Assembly (NCBI GenBank): GCA_964016885.1 | Contig: OZ024740.1 | Location: 166,470,001 to 166,534,000 of the forward strand | From: Eledone cirrhosa | Taxonomy: Eukaryota | Direction of reading: 5' to 3' | Length of the DNA: 64,000 nt | Shown here: piece after piece, positions 38,001 through 51,689 of the stretch | Layout of the letters: each line of letters begins with the position of its first letter | Position numbering within the stretch: position 1 is the stretch's first letter | The notes under the pieces: generated by a model | Database searches by the model: none | Seen by the model: the letters and a program-made list of their open reading frames with translations, nothing else | Told to the model about the DNA's origin: nothing | Position numbers and translations under genes: made by a program

Positions 38001-40500
38001 CTAAGATCCCGTTCCAGTCGCCCACTAACACTAAAGAGCGAGACGTTCCAAGAAAGGTCTCCAGACGCCGAAAGAAATCAGGCCGCCTTGCTCCTATCGG
38101 GGCATAGACGGTCACTAGCCTGAAAGCTTGCCCGTCTCCGCTGGTCACGTCCAGCACCACCAACTCACCTTCTGGGTGCAGGAAAATGGCCCGTATGGCG
38201 AGATCCAAACCTCTCTTAGAAAGCACAGCAACTCTTCCCCCCGATCCAGGACGGCTGGGAGATGCGTACACATTGCAGCTGCCGAAGATCGGTGCGAAGG
38301 TCCGTGCTTCGGAGATTCTGGTCTCGCTGATGGCCACTACATCTATGTTTAGTGACCAGAGGTCGTTGAGCCGGCGGCCCTGCTTCCATGATGACCCCAA
38401 GCCACGCGCATTTATGCTGCCTATTCTGAGTAAGGTCATGTTGAAATGGAGTGGAACAAATGGGAAAGACCACTTACCTTACCTCTCGTAGATGAAGGAT
38501 GGTTTCTCCATCCTTGTCACTGCTTGTGGCCTCCTTCGGAAGGATGTCCTTATAAATCGTCCTGGAGAGTGCTTGTCGGAAGTCTCCGATGTCTTTGGGG
38601 AATTTTTGTTTTAGTGTCGTGTACGTTTTCTGTGTGATACGAGTGATTTGTATGTGTGGAGGTGGTGTTAACTTTTGGTTTATTGTGTAGTCTTTTTCTG
38701 TGATGCTGGTGTTGTGTTGGATGTAGTATAATAATTGGTTTTTGTTCAAATTTAATTGTTTCTACTTTAGGCACAAGGCCAGCAATTACCCAGCGCATTA
38801 CTGGTACTTTATTTTTATCGACCCCGTAAGGATGAAAGGCAAAGTCAATCTCGGCGGTTGTTCAAATTTAATTCTGTGTAGTGTGTATCGTTTTGGTTGT
38901 TTTGTTTTGTTTGCGTTTGTTGTAGGTTTGTTTCTGTTTCGCTTTTTGGAGACTTTTGTGGTGTTGGTGATGGTGGTGTTGGGGTTAATGATAGTGATGA
39001 TATTTGTGTTCGTGCTGATGTAGTTGGTGATGTTGGTATGGATGGTGGTATAGCTGTCCTAACTTTTTTGTTTGATAGTTTATTTGTTTCCCTCTGTATT
39101 TTGTTTTTGGAGGGGGAAGGAAGGGTATTTTTTCATTTTTGGTTTCTTTATCTTTTTTTCTTTTTTCCTGATACCGTTTCCCACTCCTCGTCGTCACAAT
39201 CTGTCTCCAGTTGCGATAGGTCGGGGAGTGGAAAATCCTCCACAGGCGTTGGCTTGTGGTTGTGGCGTGGTGGATGGTGTAGGCGCTGGTGCTAATTCGG
39301 GCGCGTTGGGTGGTGTTGGTGTTGGTTTTGCTACTGTTGCTGATGGTGTTGATGGTTGTGTCACTGGGGTGGGTAAGAGAGGTGTACTAAACCTTTTAGT
39401 CTGAGGGCAGAAAGCCCTTAAGTGGGTTCCTTCCTCACAAACGACACACCAAGGCCTTCTGCCCTCGACGAGTACGCTGAGCTGGCTGTCGTCAGTGAGG
39501 TCTATTACCTCTGGGATCTCCTCAATGTTTTTTTGGTACGCTTGGATCAGGAGCTACATCCCAGATCCGGACCAGTTCTCCTGCTTTTCTTTCGCTATTT
39601 CGATTATCTTGGTGTTGGCCTCGATGCCGGCGAGGACGGCAGCCATTATCCAGGGAATTTCGATGGCCGGTGGAATGTGGGTCACCCTAATCTTCATGAC
39701 TCTCTGGCCACAATAGCTTGGGACGAGTGTGAAGTCGTCACTTCTTAATGGGGCCATGGAGTGTTCTCTGTCCTCCTGTGGTGTTTCAAAGAACACGTCC
39801 ACGGTTCTATATTTCTGCCCACGTCTGATGTGGGTTTTTTTGCCCACACATGACCCAAAGCTTTTTGGATTTGGGACTCGGATGCCCGTTCCACTCGGCG
39901 CGATTTTATGTTAATAGTCCGATAAGACACGGTGCATAGGCGCCGATGCTCCATTTTATTAGGTGTGTGTGTGTGTGGGGTGAATCTGACCCTGTACCCA
40001 TCTTTCTTTACCATTCTTTTGGCTTCTTCTAAATCCTCCTGAGTTACCTGTATTGCTTCGCTACTCTGGCAAAAGATAGGGTTTTCTTATTCTCATTGTT
40101 GCTGTTGTTGTTATCGTTATTTCTGTTATTGTTAATTTTAGTTTCAGTTGTGTTGGTGATGGCGTCAGTGGTGTTCTGTGTGGAAGAGTTCATTCTGGGT
40201 GAATTCATTTCGATATCACGAGATAATTTATTTTTTTCTTTTGTTTTCTATTGTCGCTGTGTTGGTGGTGGGGGTGGCGGCTTCAACACCTGCAGTAATT
40301 GGTAATGGCGGGAAATGAATGTCTGCCTGAGACAAATTTAAAATATTGCTACTGCTTATATTTTTAGTGTTGGCAAACGTAGTAATATTTACAATGGTGG
40401 TGTCGGTGTGAGGTGTTAGTTTGTGAGGAAAGTGTGACTCTGAGTCATCCATGATTTTTTTCCGAGAAAAATGTTTGTTTGATAATTATAAAAGTTTAAA
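35045..40500 (-). mobile_element. Tx1/L1-clade LINE, near full length (ORF1 and ORF2), disrupted
   Basis: APE domain 37543-38439 (SINARGL, ISETR, VYAP, GDWN, YLDRVF, PDH, WKLNAS). RT 35835-37079 (LRPITLLN, DQSKAFDRVDH, RQGCPLS, YVDD). Broken ORF1 at about 38474-40452. The 3' end carries AATAAA and an (ATT)n tail. Confidence 0.92.
38758..38857 (-). mobile_element. 5'-truncated SINE in Tx1 ORF1, 16-bp TSD
   Basis: TTGTTCAAATTTAATT at 38742-38757 and 38858-38873 flanks the SINE 3' half. Confidence 0.9.
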
Positions 40501-40668
40501 TTTTGGGCTCAAGGCCCCAATCTTTTTGAGTGGCCTTTTCAGAAAACAATGTATATGCACTTATATACAGTTAACAATAAAAATGTTCCATAAATGGCAA
40601 TTTTAAACAACTGAAAATAACAAACCTTTGCGGAGATCACGATAATACGAATTACTACGTAGGTCGCC

Positions 40669-40717
<49 letters not shown>

Positions 40718-40720
<3 letters not shown>

Positions 40721-41274
40721 TGATGGGCAGGGTGATCCACTGGCACCGATGCAAAGTAAACAATTTACCACATTCTGAGAAGTGGTATGAGCATAAGCCA
40801 GAGTCGGTGATAGAAAACGATCAGGTGAAGGTGCTGTGGGATTTTAGGATACAGACGGACAAGAAACTGGAACACAATAGACCTGACCTGGTGGTTGTGG
40901 ACAAAGAAAAAAGATCGTGCCTGATTGTGGATGTGGCCTGCCCATTCGACACGAGAGTGCAAGAGAAGGAGAGGGAGAAAATGAACCGATACCAGGACTT
41001 AAATTGGGAGGTAAAAAGGATTTGGAACTGCCATGAAGTCAGAGTGATCCGGATTGTCATAGGCGCACTAGGGACTATCTCAAAAAGTTTCCAGGGATGG
41101 TTAAAGAAAATTGGCCCCTTCACGCTTTTTGGAACGCTTCAAAAGCATGCTTGCTGGGAACAGCAAGAACCCTCCGATCGATACGTCCTGAATATCTGAG
41201 GCTGCAGGGAGTGACTTGATATTCATTTCAACAAACTTTCCAGTTAACTAACATCAATGACTGAGACTCAAAGA

Positions 41275-41275
<1 letters not shown>
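40718..41275 (+). mobile_element. R4/Dong 3' fragment inside (TAA)n
   Basis: RLE ORF 40720-41199 is nearly identical to the long copies, with pure (TAA)n on both sides. Confidence 0.93.
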
Positions 41276-41324
<49 letters not shown>

Positions 41325-42679
41325 TAGGGAAGAAGACGCACATGGTGGATAGAAGGTCGTGAAATCGCTCCCGTAAGTTTTGATTTTTAACATATTTAAA
41401 TCAATTATGAAATAACAATTCTTAGTACAAATGATACATAACACATCCGGCTTAAGTCCCAAAAAAATTCGGATCCATAATATATTGTTATATCACTCAA
41501 ATATTCAATTTTGTATTGTACATTTTATATTCAAAAAAGAAAATGGTTATAAATGGAAGAAAACCCCCTCTGTCTACACTATATAGAACAGCCAAATAAC
41601 AGCAATTTGACCAACACCAGAAACTAGATACACCACCTACCCCATCTCCCCTCTGTGTACACTAAACACAACAGCCAGATAACGGCAATTTCACCACCAC
41701 CACCACCAATCTCAGCATAATAATAATAATTACTATTATTATTGTCTCAAGTTTTAACAAAATGTTTAATTCCAATATTAAGGAAAATATGTCAACACAT
41801 ATACGCGACTAACCCCATAGATTCACCAATCAAACAAAATACAGTCTATTCAACAAAACTCAGTAACGACAACGCCATCACTACAGTCACCGCCGCCGCC
41901 GCCGCCCATCCATCATTACTACCACTATCCCATCACCGCCGCCACCACTCCTTCATTGCTACCACCGCTATCCCCCATTACCTTCTGTTAACTTACGAAA
42001 GGGGAAAATGGCGGTATCACTAGACAATATTAATAAACAAGATTAATATTTAATTTTGGATCAGGAATGTTAGAGTCGAAAAGGAAGAAAATGACAAAAT
42101 GACTAAGTAACTAAAGATAATTTCTCCACCTAACACCACCACCACTACCACGATGAAAACTCTGGTCAAGTCGATTCAACCGTTATTTCTACTCCATCAC
42201 TACAGTAATACGATCACATCACCACCACCACTGCCTCATTATCGCTACCACCGCTATTCTCTCCCACTACCTCCTGCTAGTTGCTGCTAGCATAGCACCG
42301 CCACCACCACCACCACCACCATTGCCTCATTATCACTACCGCCGCTATTTTCTCCCGCTACTCCTGCTACATTGTAGAATCCCCACTAAAAGAGGAAGGC
42401 ATCAAAATATATAAATAGACTGAATTGATGACCCGGTCAAAATCAAAAAAACAAAAATCAAAATCAAAGCAGCACAGCAACAACGAAAAACGTAAAGAAA
42501 ATAAAAATGAAGAGAAAACAACAGACGGACAGAGAAGGGAAGGGAAAAACTAAGTCAGACATTCAAACGATACATTACAATGAAACTTATGCTTATTCAT
42601 TTTTGGTTTTTTTTTCTGCCTGTTTGTTTGTTTGTTTATACATGTTCGTCTACAGCGTGATAATGCCACACAAAAATCA

Positions 42680-45600
42680 CGTGGTGGGACGAAACCATCG
42701 GAGGCGATGAATTCACCGGTGGTTATGTAACCATACATTCGCCAATCCTCGATAAGAGTGTTTAATTGTCGAACCTAAACAGTTCGAATAACGGTGAAAT
42801 GGAGACTAGAATGTCATGTGACAGACTCTCACCCAACAGGTGCTCCCTGGCTCAGCAGCAGGGACTTGGCTGTCAACCAAATACTGCTGGTGTCGGAGGA
42901 AGAAGAAGAAGGAGGGACCAGAACCAACTGGACGAAAGAATTGAATAGAACTGTTATGCAATGTTACCTGAAGAGTAACCCCAAGGAGAAAGGCTATAGG
43001 AAACGGATGCATATCATCTGGAACGAGATTGGTCTATTTAAATTAGATGAACAAAAATTGGCCGGGCAGGCTCGGGTAATAAGAACTAATGGGTGGATAA
43101 GCGAGCTGGAACTGGAGGAACTGAGCAGACAGATTAGCTTGGAGATGGAGAGTGGAGTATACAAGGCAAACGAGCCAGTGGGAAATGAAGGTGAAGAGGT
43201 TGAGAGAACGGAGGAACCACCCGAAGCAGACAATGATCTGAATGCTGAGATAAATAATACCTGGAACAGAGATACGGTCACTGAGGAGATGAATGCTGAC
43301 GGGCTAGGACAAGATCTGGTTGATATCCTAAACTTAGTGGTAGATGAATTGAACAATGATAGTGGGAGACCTATGAACCTAAGATTTGTAGACAGGAAAA
43401 AGTTAAAAGAAACAACAGCTAAGGTAAACAAAGTCATCCCATAACTTGAGGCTAGGAGCCTTCACCAGTGCAACAATATCCTCAAAGCAACAGCAAATAC
43501 GGTGAGGAAACTACTTGGTATAAAAGCGAGAGCAAACAACAGACAAGAAAGAGCAGAGCCTTGGTGGAAGAAACGACTGAGTGGTCAAATCAGGGAAATG
43601 AGAAATGACATTGGAAAGCTTGAGTCCCTACTGAATGGGACGCTAAAAAACATAGACACTAAAAATAGACTGGAAATAAAGTACAAAACTAGGAGGAAAA
43701 AGCTCAATATTATCATAGAGGAACTGAAGCAACGCATTGTAGCAAAGAGTGCAAAAATCAGGCGATACGAGAACAGAGTCAGTCAGTATAGACAGAACCG
43801 CATGTTCGACAACAACCAGAAGATGCTATTTGGACAGCTTGAAGGGAAAGAAAGAGGCAACGACTTGATCCCTGAGGCGGAACAAACTAAAACATTCTGG
43901 AGAGGAATATGGGAGCAGGATGTTAAACATAATGACCAGACAGTGTGGATTGAGACAGTACAGAAGGAGATTAGTGAACAGGCACACCAACAAACTGATT
44001 TGAGTATCACAGTTGAAACTCTTAAGGGGCAGGCTAAAAAACTAACCAACTGGAAATCACAAGGCCCAGATGGTGTGCAAGGGTATTGGATTAAAAATAT
44101 AATATCCCTCGTCCAGAAACTGACAACCATGTTCAATGCTTGATGTCAGGTGAGGTACCAGAGTGGTTGACAAAAGGTACCACAGTTCTGATAATGAATG
44201 ACCGAATCAAGGGTAATGATGTTACCAACTATAGACCTATCACATGTCTGTCCGTAATGTGGAAACTGTTGACAAACATTATGTCTGAGGAAATCTACCA
44301 TCACCTCCACACAAACAACTTGTTACCGGACGAACAGAAAGGATGCCGAAAGAAGTCACGTAATACAAAGGACCAGTTACTTATTGATAAGATGGTAATG
44401 AGGAATTGCAAGAGGAGACACACTGGTCTTGCCATGGGATGGATAGACTACAAAAAGGCGTTTGACATGGTGCCTCATTCTTGGATCACCAAAAGCCTGG
44501 AGATATTCAAGGTGGCAGATAACATCAGACAGTTGTTGGGCAAAAGTATGAAGTCCTGGGAAACAGAGTTAACATCAACTGGAGAATCCTTGGGAAGCGT
44601 GAAGATCAAGAGAGGTATCTTCCAGGGAGATAGTCTGTCCCCTCTGTTGTTTGTCCTTGCCCTGATGCCCCTGACCAGTGTACTGCGAAAAGTGAGAGCA
44701 GGTTACAGGTTGGGAAAGGGAGGACTTACCATTAATCACCTCCTCTTCATGGACGATCTTAAGCTCTTCGGGAAGAGTGAGAAGGAGTTGGATGTGCTTG
44801 TTGACACTGTCCGTATTTTCAGCAATGATATATGTATGCAATTTGGTATTAGTAAGTGTGGAGTCATTGTGATGAAGAGGGGTAAATTGAGCAGAAGCAA
44901 CGGAATCGAGGTACCAACAGGTGAGATGATAAAGGAAATTGACTCTGAAGAAGGATACACGTGTTTGGGCGTTCTGGAGGCTGATGACATCAAGAACAAA
45001 AAAATGAAGGAATTGATAAGAACTGAATACATTCGGAGCGTATTAAAGTCACATCTGAACAGTAGGAATGCCATAAGTGCAGTAAATTCCCGAGCTGTGT
45101 CTATTATTAGGAACAGTGCGGGAATTCTGAGATAGAATGTTGCTGAACAAAAAGAAATGGATACGAAGACTAGGAGCTATTGACTATCTACAACATGTTC
45201 CACAAGAGGAGTGATGTCGATAGACTCTACTTAAGGAGATCTGAAGGTGGAAAAGGTCTTATCAGCATAGAGAACTGTGTTCAGATGGAGAAAAACAACC
45301 TACACAAATACGTGACTGATAGTAAGGACCCAATGCTCAGAATTGTACTGAAGGAGAGGACAATAGACCAGGGGATGTCCAAGGAGAATATAACAACAAG
45401 GAGAAAGAGCAGCCTTCATGAAAAATCCTTTCATAGTACCTTCTTTGAGAAAACTGAATTCAGAGATCCACAGACATGGAATTGGTTGAAAAGCGGAGAC
45501 CTTAAAAAGGCTACAGATGGAATGTTAATGGCTGCGCAAGAGCAGGCCCTCAAAACGAAGTGGCTGAAATACCATATTTACAAGGAGGAGGCTAGCCCAC

Positions 45601-46250
45601 TGTGCAGGATCTGTGGAGAGAGAGAGGAGACTGTGGCTCACATTATATCCGAGTGTAAACACCTAGCCCAGACTCATTATAAGGGCTGGAGACATGATGT
45701 GATGGGCAGGGTGATCCACTGGCACCTATGCAAAGTAGACAATTTACCACATTCTGAGAAGTGGCATGAGCATAAGCCAGAGGCGGTGATAGAAAACGAT
45801 CAGGTGAAGGTGCTGTGAGATTTTAGGATACAGACGGAAAATAAACTGGAACACAATAGACCTGACCTGGTGGTTGTGGACAAAGAAAATAGATCGTGCC
45901 TGATTGTGGATGTGGCCCGCCCATTCGACACGAGAGTGCAAGAGAAGGAGAGGGAGACAATTAACCGATACCAGGACTTAAAGTGGGAGGTAAAAAGGAT
46001 TTGGAACTGCCATGAAGTCAAAGTGATCCCGATTGTCATAGGCGCACTAGGTACTATCTCAAAAAGTTTCCAATGATGGTTAAAGAAAATTGGCCCCTTC
46101 ACGCTTTTTGGAACGCTTCAAAAGCATGCTTGCTGGGAGCAGCAAGAACCCTCCGATACGTCCTGAATATCTGAGGCTGCAGGTAGTGGCTTGATATTCA
46201 TTTCAACAAACTTTCCAGTAAACTAACATCAATGACTGAGACTCAAAGAG
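42680..46250 (+). mobile_element. R4/Dong-clade element, copy 2 (longest, disrupted)
   Basis: ORFs 42794-43444, 43502-44143, 44140-45135 ([20 protein letters not shown]), 45180-45818 and 45870-46076. It ends GACTCAAAGAG followed by (TAA)n. The 5' boundary is approximate. Confidence 0.92.
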
Positions 46251-46285
46251 TAATAACAATAATAATAATAATAATAATAATAATA

Positions 46286-46855
46286 TTGCTTTCTATATTA
46301 ACCACTAGGGTTTATACAAAGTAGACATTATGGACAGTACAGGACAATACAAGACGGTACAAATGGGCATTTCTGCGTGTAAGAAAAACCAAAAACAGAG
46401 GATGTAATAAAAAGAACAATGAAAAATTCCCCAGTAGAGGGGAGACTACCGAGGGCCATCGTGGAGAAAGCCCATTAAAAAAGCCACGGTGACCCTGACC
46501 ACCAGGGCAAGTATCCTCTCCCAGTTTTCCACCTTCAATTTACAGGCATATACTCAGAGTAGGCCCATTTACTCGGGCCATTCTTGCCTCTTTCACCCAT
46601 CTTTCAACAAAAAGATGGGAAGCGAGCACTTCCCTCTCTACCCTGATTTTCCTTTTCAAATGAGATTTGAAAAAGTTAATCAGGGCATCACCGAAGAGGT
46701 AAGTACTCGTTTTCAGCCCTTTCAGACGCGTCCACTATACTATCTCTTTCGCCATGGCCACCGACAGGTAAAAACTTCCTGCCCTTCCCGGCTAAAGGAA
46801 GAGGGTGGGGCACTCCTCACGATGGACTCAGCTGATAGCCGGATCCGTTCTACAC
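46286..46855 (-). mobile_element. Tx1-clade LINE 3' fragment
   Basis: Colinear with 35045-35600, though visibly more diverged from it than the Dong copies are from each other. Confidence 0.88.
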
Positions 46856-47651
46856 CCTACAATATGAAGAAGTATACAATAAAAAATATATTAAACTATA
46901 ATACTATTTTTAACATTTACTGTGAAACGTTACTCACTCTGTTTTATGCTAGACCGCGTCCTAATATCTTATTTACGCCATTTTTGTTTAGTTCCATATA
47001 ATGTTTATTCATATTTCTCATTAATTGTATGTAGTATGGGATAAATTAATACATCCTTTTGACAGAAAACACCATATAATTTGTTGTTACAATCGTTACT
47101 GTTATTACGTTAATTGTCAGCGTCGATCGAGCACAGCTATCTTCAATTCGTTCCAGTTATGTTGTGATCTGAGGGATATTCGGTGGCTCTGTTTAGCAGG
47201 TAGTTTATATATTATTGATATTATGATGTTATTTTTATGTAATCTCCCTTCAGTTATCATCATTCAGCTTTATAAATAAAGGTGTTCCAGCCGTGAGTTA
47301 TTCATCTTTAAACCCAGAAATACTGTACAAATGACATTATCCAATACGTTGTTCATTTTTAATATAGCCGAGTGTAGGTAGCGAAACATTTGGCTGCTAT
47401 ATATTACTAGCATGTTGCACTACCGTATGAAGTGACCGACATTAATTCATTTTAATTTTTTTTTTAAACATATGGTGTTTAGTTTTATTATAGAGCCATA
47501 TAAGTTATGCTTACATAATCGCTGTTCAATTATTGAATTTCGAGACCCTGCACGGAAATACATAGCATATTATATTTGGAAATAATGAATCACACACACA
47601 CGCGCGCGCGCGCATACGCACACGCGCGTACCCCCCCCCACACACACACAT

Positions 47652-47737
<86 letters not shown>

Positions 47738-47948
47738 AAACGCGCACTAATACAGATAAATGTATTCAAATCTAGCTGTGCAAGTGTCAGTAGCCAGTAA
47801 ATATTATTCTATTACTTCATGGGTATGCATAATTTGCTTGTATTCTTTTATTGGTTGCATTCAATGGACAGACAGGTACACGGTGATCTATTGATCATAT
47901 CGAACACAGTGTAAACATTGCCTCCTGTTTTTTGTTTGTTTAATTTAT

Positions 47949-48018
<70 letters not shown>

Positions 48019-48024
<6 letters not shown>

Positions 48025-48126
48025 AGTCAGGACCCCGACGGCTGAGCTTTTGCCATTTCAATAGCTGATCTGGAACTAGCTGTTGAAACGACAAGAGCTC
48101 AGCAGTTGGGGGTCCTGATTCATTCA
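48019..48126. repeat. About 108-bp imperfect hairpin (MITE-like)
   Basis: TGAATGAGTCAGGACCCC..GCTGAGCT..TTTCAATAGCT pairs with AGCTGTTGAAA..AGCTCAGC..GGGGTCCTGATTCATTCA. Confidence 0.8.
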
Positions 48127-48183
48127 TATAACCATACACTACTACCCCTAGTACCAAGTTCTCTGGTGAGTCAAACAAATTTC

Positions 48184-48233
48184 TCACTGAATCCATCCTG
48201 ATTTATATATATAAATCAGGATGGATTCAGTGA
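48184..48233. repeat. Perfect 50-bp palindrome centred on (TA)n
   Basis: TCACTGAATCCATCCTGATTTATAT|ATATAAATCAGGATGGATTCAGTGA. Confidence 0.95.
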
Positions 48234-48640
48234 AGAACATCCTCCCAATTCAGAGGTGACAGATGCGGAAATTCCTCTTCCTAAGCGTACAATGATAAAT
48301 AATTAAGAAATCGTCAGATAAAAGATGCTGAACAGTAATATTCTCTGGAGTACATGCTAATTAGTACCAATACCATTGGCTTGCATAATAAATGATTGAA
48401 TTGCAGCAAGAAAACCCACACAATAAATAGATGGACTCAAGAATAAAGGATCATTAACCAGAGCTCCCGAACGATATTTTAACACCAAAAATTTGTACAA
48501 AAACTTTTAAATACGTCCCTCTCGAAATGATTGCTTTTATTGATCAAGTCACATAATAAATGGTTACAGAGGATTTTAGTTACCTTTGGTAAGTATATGA
48601 TGCATTGTGGGTAAACAGGAATATCACTAGTGAGTTCCCT

Positions 48641-48810
48641 GGTGAATTGGCAGTATCGGTAGAGGGTCGGACACCATGCTTTCTAGCATAGTTAGGTCCC
48701 CTTACGGTCTGATTTCCAATCCCGTCGAGTTTAACTTTGCCTTCAATAAAATATATTACCAGTAATGTACTGGGTAATTGATGGCCTTGTGCCAAAAGTA
48801 GAAAAAATTA
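48641..48810 (+). mobile_element. SINE with an internal deletion
   Basis: Head TTGGCAGTATCGGTAGAGGGTCGG and tail GGCCTTGTGCCAAAAGTAGAAA. Confidence 0.85.
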
Positions 48811-48856
48811 TATTATTTTCATGTCTTGTGTTAACAGATGTGTGTTTTATAATAAT

Positions 48857-49036
48857 TGTTTCTACTTTTGGCACAAGGCCAGCAAACATTACTGGTACTT
48901 TATTTTATCGACCCCGTAAGGATGAAAGGCAAAGTTAACCTCGGCGGGATTTGAACTCAGATCATAAAGGGCCGTAACTCTTTGCTGCAAAGCATGGCGT
49001 CCGTCCCTCTACCGAGACTGCCAATCGACCGCAATT
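48857..49036 (-). mobile_element. SINE, full length, with TSD
   Basis: Reverse complement of the family. TTTTATAATAAT lies at 48845-48856 and 49037-49048. Confidence 0.88.
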
Positions 49037-49224
49037 TTTTATAATAATGTACACTAATTTTATATCTTTAAAAAAATCATCAGTCTATCGTAAAAATTCC
49101 TTTCCCCTACACTCATTTTTGTGTACCTTTTTTCTGTTCAACCCCATATTACATTTCTATGTATAGATACTTGTGGCTAATAACAAATATTATTAAAATT
49201 ATTATTCGTAATATTATAGGATGG

Positions 49225-49840
49225 GCTCTGCGGTAGACCGACAGACAACATGCTTTATTATGGCTGTTTACATTCTGATTCATGGTTAGCTTTACCTTTC
49301 ATCCTTACGGAGTCGATAAAACAAGTACCAGTAATGGCCTGGTAACGATTTAATTTACTTTCCCCTCCCTCAAAATGGTTGTCCTTTTGCCTAAATAAAA
49401 AATCAATGGCGGTGAATTGGCAGTATTGGTAGTGTATCGGGCAACATGCTTTGTGGCATAGAAATACGACCCTTTACAATATTAGTTCAAATCCCGCCGA
49501 GGTTAGCTTTCCCTTTCATTCTTACGGGGCCAATAAAATATAGTACCATTAATGCACTGGGGTCGATTTAATCGAATTTCCCCGTCCCTTCATATTGCTG
49601 GCCTTGTGCTTAATGTATAAACAATTATTGTTAGTGGATTGGTAGTATCGGTAGAGCGACGGACAACATGCTTTGTTACGGCTCATTACGTTCTACTATC
49701 AAATCCCGCCTAGGTTAGATTTACCATTCATCCTTACGGGGTCTATAAAATAAAATATCAGTCACGTACTGGTCTAAATTTAGTTGATCTTCCACCTCCT
49801 TTCAAATTGCAGGCCTCGTACCAACTGTAAATAACAATTA
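49225..49840 (+). mobile_element. Three head-to-tail older SINE copies
   Basis: Units at about 49225-49405, 49408-49630 and 49632-49840. Each has TTCAT(C/T)CTTACGG and a longer 3' segment (GATTTAAT..CCCTC) absent from the young copies. Confidence 0.8.
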
Positions 49841-50835
49841 TTTCTCTTAGTATAAGAAATAGGAATTGTTAGAATCACAATGTAATCAGGTTTTCCCGTC
49901 TAGGTTCTGAGGTCATAAACTTATTTTATTTTTTTCAAATATCTATAACTAAGTACCCAGAAAATAACAGGGGGGTGATAAATTAAGTAATCATCCTCCT
50001 CAATTGATTTAAGTTTGATCCTGTTGTGAAAAACAATAATTGTTGTTAGGGCTATGCTAAAAAATATAATTCGAGCTTTATAATCATTATAATATACACG
50101 AAGGAACATAAAAGAAAAAAAAAGAAAAATAAAGTATCCTCTCAATCTCAATCGACATTACTATTTTCTTATTCTTTTATTCTTCACAATGGATGTAGCA
50201 TGACCAAATAGATAAGAAGATTGCTTCGCAATCGTTTTGTACCGAGTTCGATCCCACTGCTTGGCATCTTTGGGAAAGTATCATTTAACATTTCTTCGGG
50301 GTCGAAACATGACTTATGAGTAAAATTGGATAAAGAGAAACTGTAATGAAGCCCTTCGAATCGACTGTACCACTAAGTTAGAAGGCCATCCTCAACACTG
50401 TCTGGGTCACACTGAAATTCCTTGAGAATTACATTAAGGGTATATGTGTCTGAAGTCTGCTCAGTCCCTTGAATGTTAAGTTCATCTTAACTCATCGTCG
50501 GAAAAGAGGGAGATCCTTTCAATTGTTTATTATTCCCTAGTTCTTACTTCCTCCTACGGTTCCCCTCCTTTACCTACCCCCCTCCCCCCGTCGTTATTGC
50601 TGAAATTACCGCCTGCAAGTAAAAATATTATACACTGTGTATTTATCACTTGTAATACATGCATGCTATGCATAAAATGAATTATACAGTAATTTAATGC
50701 TATTTCTTTCTTACTTATTGCACAGAGACCTTATATTGTCTTTCAGTATATCCCTTCCTAACTAACTAGATTGCATGTGTCCAATTTCACCAGACGTTAT
50801 GCTAACATGCACACACGAAATATAAATATAAATGC

Positions 50836-51131
<296 letters not shown>

Positions 51132-51502
51132 TGTGCAATTCTATATTTACATTATCTGTTACATTATCTCAATGTTTTCCTGTCTGTGGTTTCGGCTAAA
51201 GAAAATATAGAATGGGTTTACTTTGAAAACGAGAAGCCTAGTTCAACGTCTGTCGTTTCTACGCTTCGCTACACATGTAAATGAATGAATGTATACTGTG
51301 TTTGCGTGTATGGGTGTGTGTGCTTATTTGTCTGTGTGTTAATTGTTGATGTTGAAGATGTACTTATCTGCAGGAAATATGAAGAACTCCAGTTTCTATA
51401 TTTACGAAAGGAAGTTAAACTGTTTGCATTTTTATACTGTCTATTCAGGAACATAAATTCGCAAGATTATGTGATCAAATATTCTTATATTATTAGTGAT
51501 GA

Positions 51503-51689
51503 ATTGCAGTCGATTGGCAGTATCGGTAGAGGGTCGGACGCCATGCTTTCCAGCATAGTTACGTCCCTTTACGATCTGAGTTCAAATCCCGCCGAGGTTG
51601 ACTTTGCCTTTCATCCTTACGGGGTCGATAAAATAAAGTACCAGTAATGCACTGGGTTATTTGCTGGCCTTGTGCCTAAAGTAGAAACA
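51503..51689 (+). mobile_element. SINE, full length, 14-bp TSD
   Basis: ATTATTAGTGATGA at 51489-51502 and 51690-51703. Confidence 0.92.
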
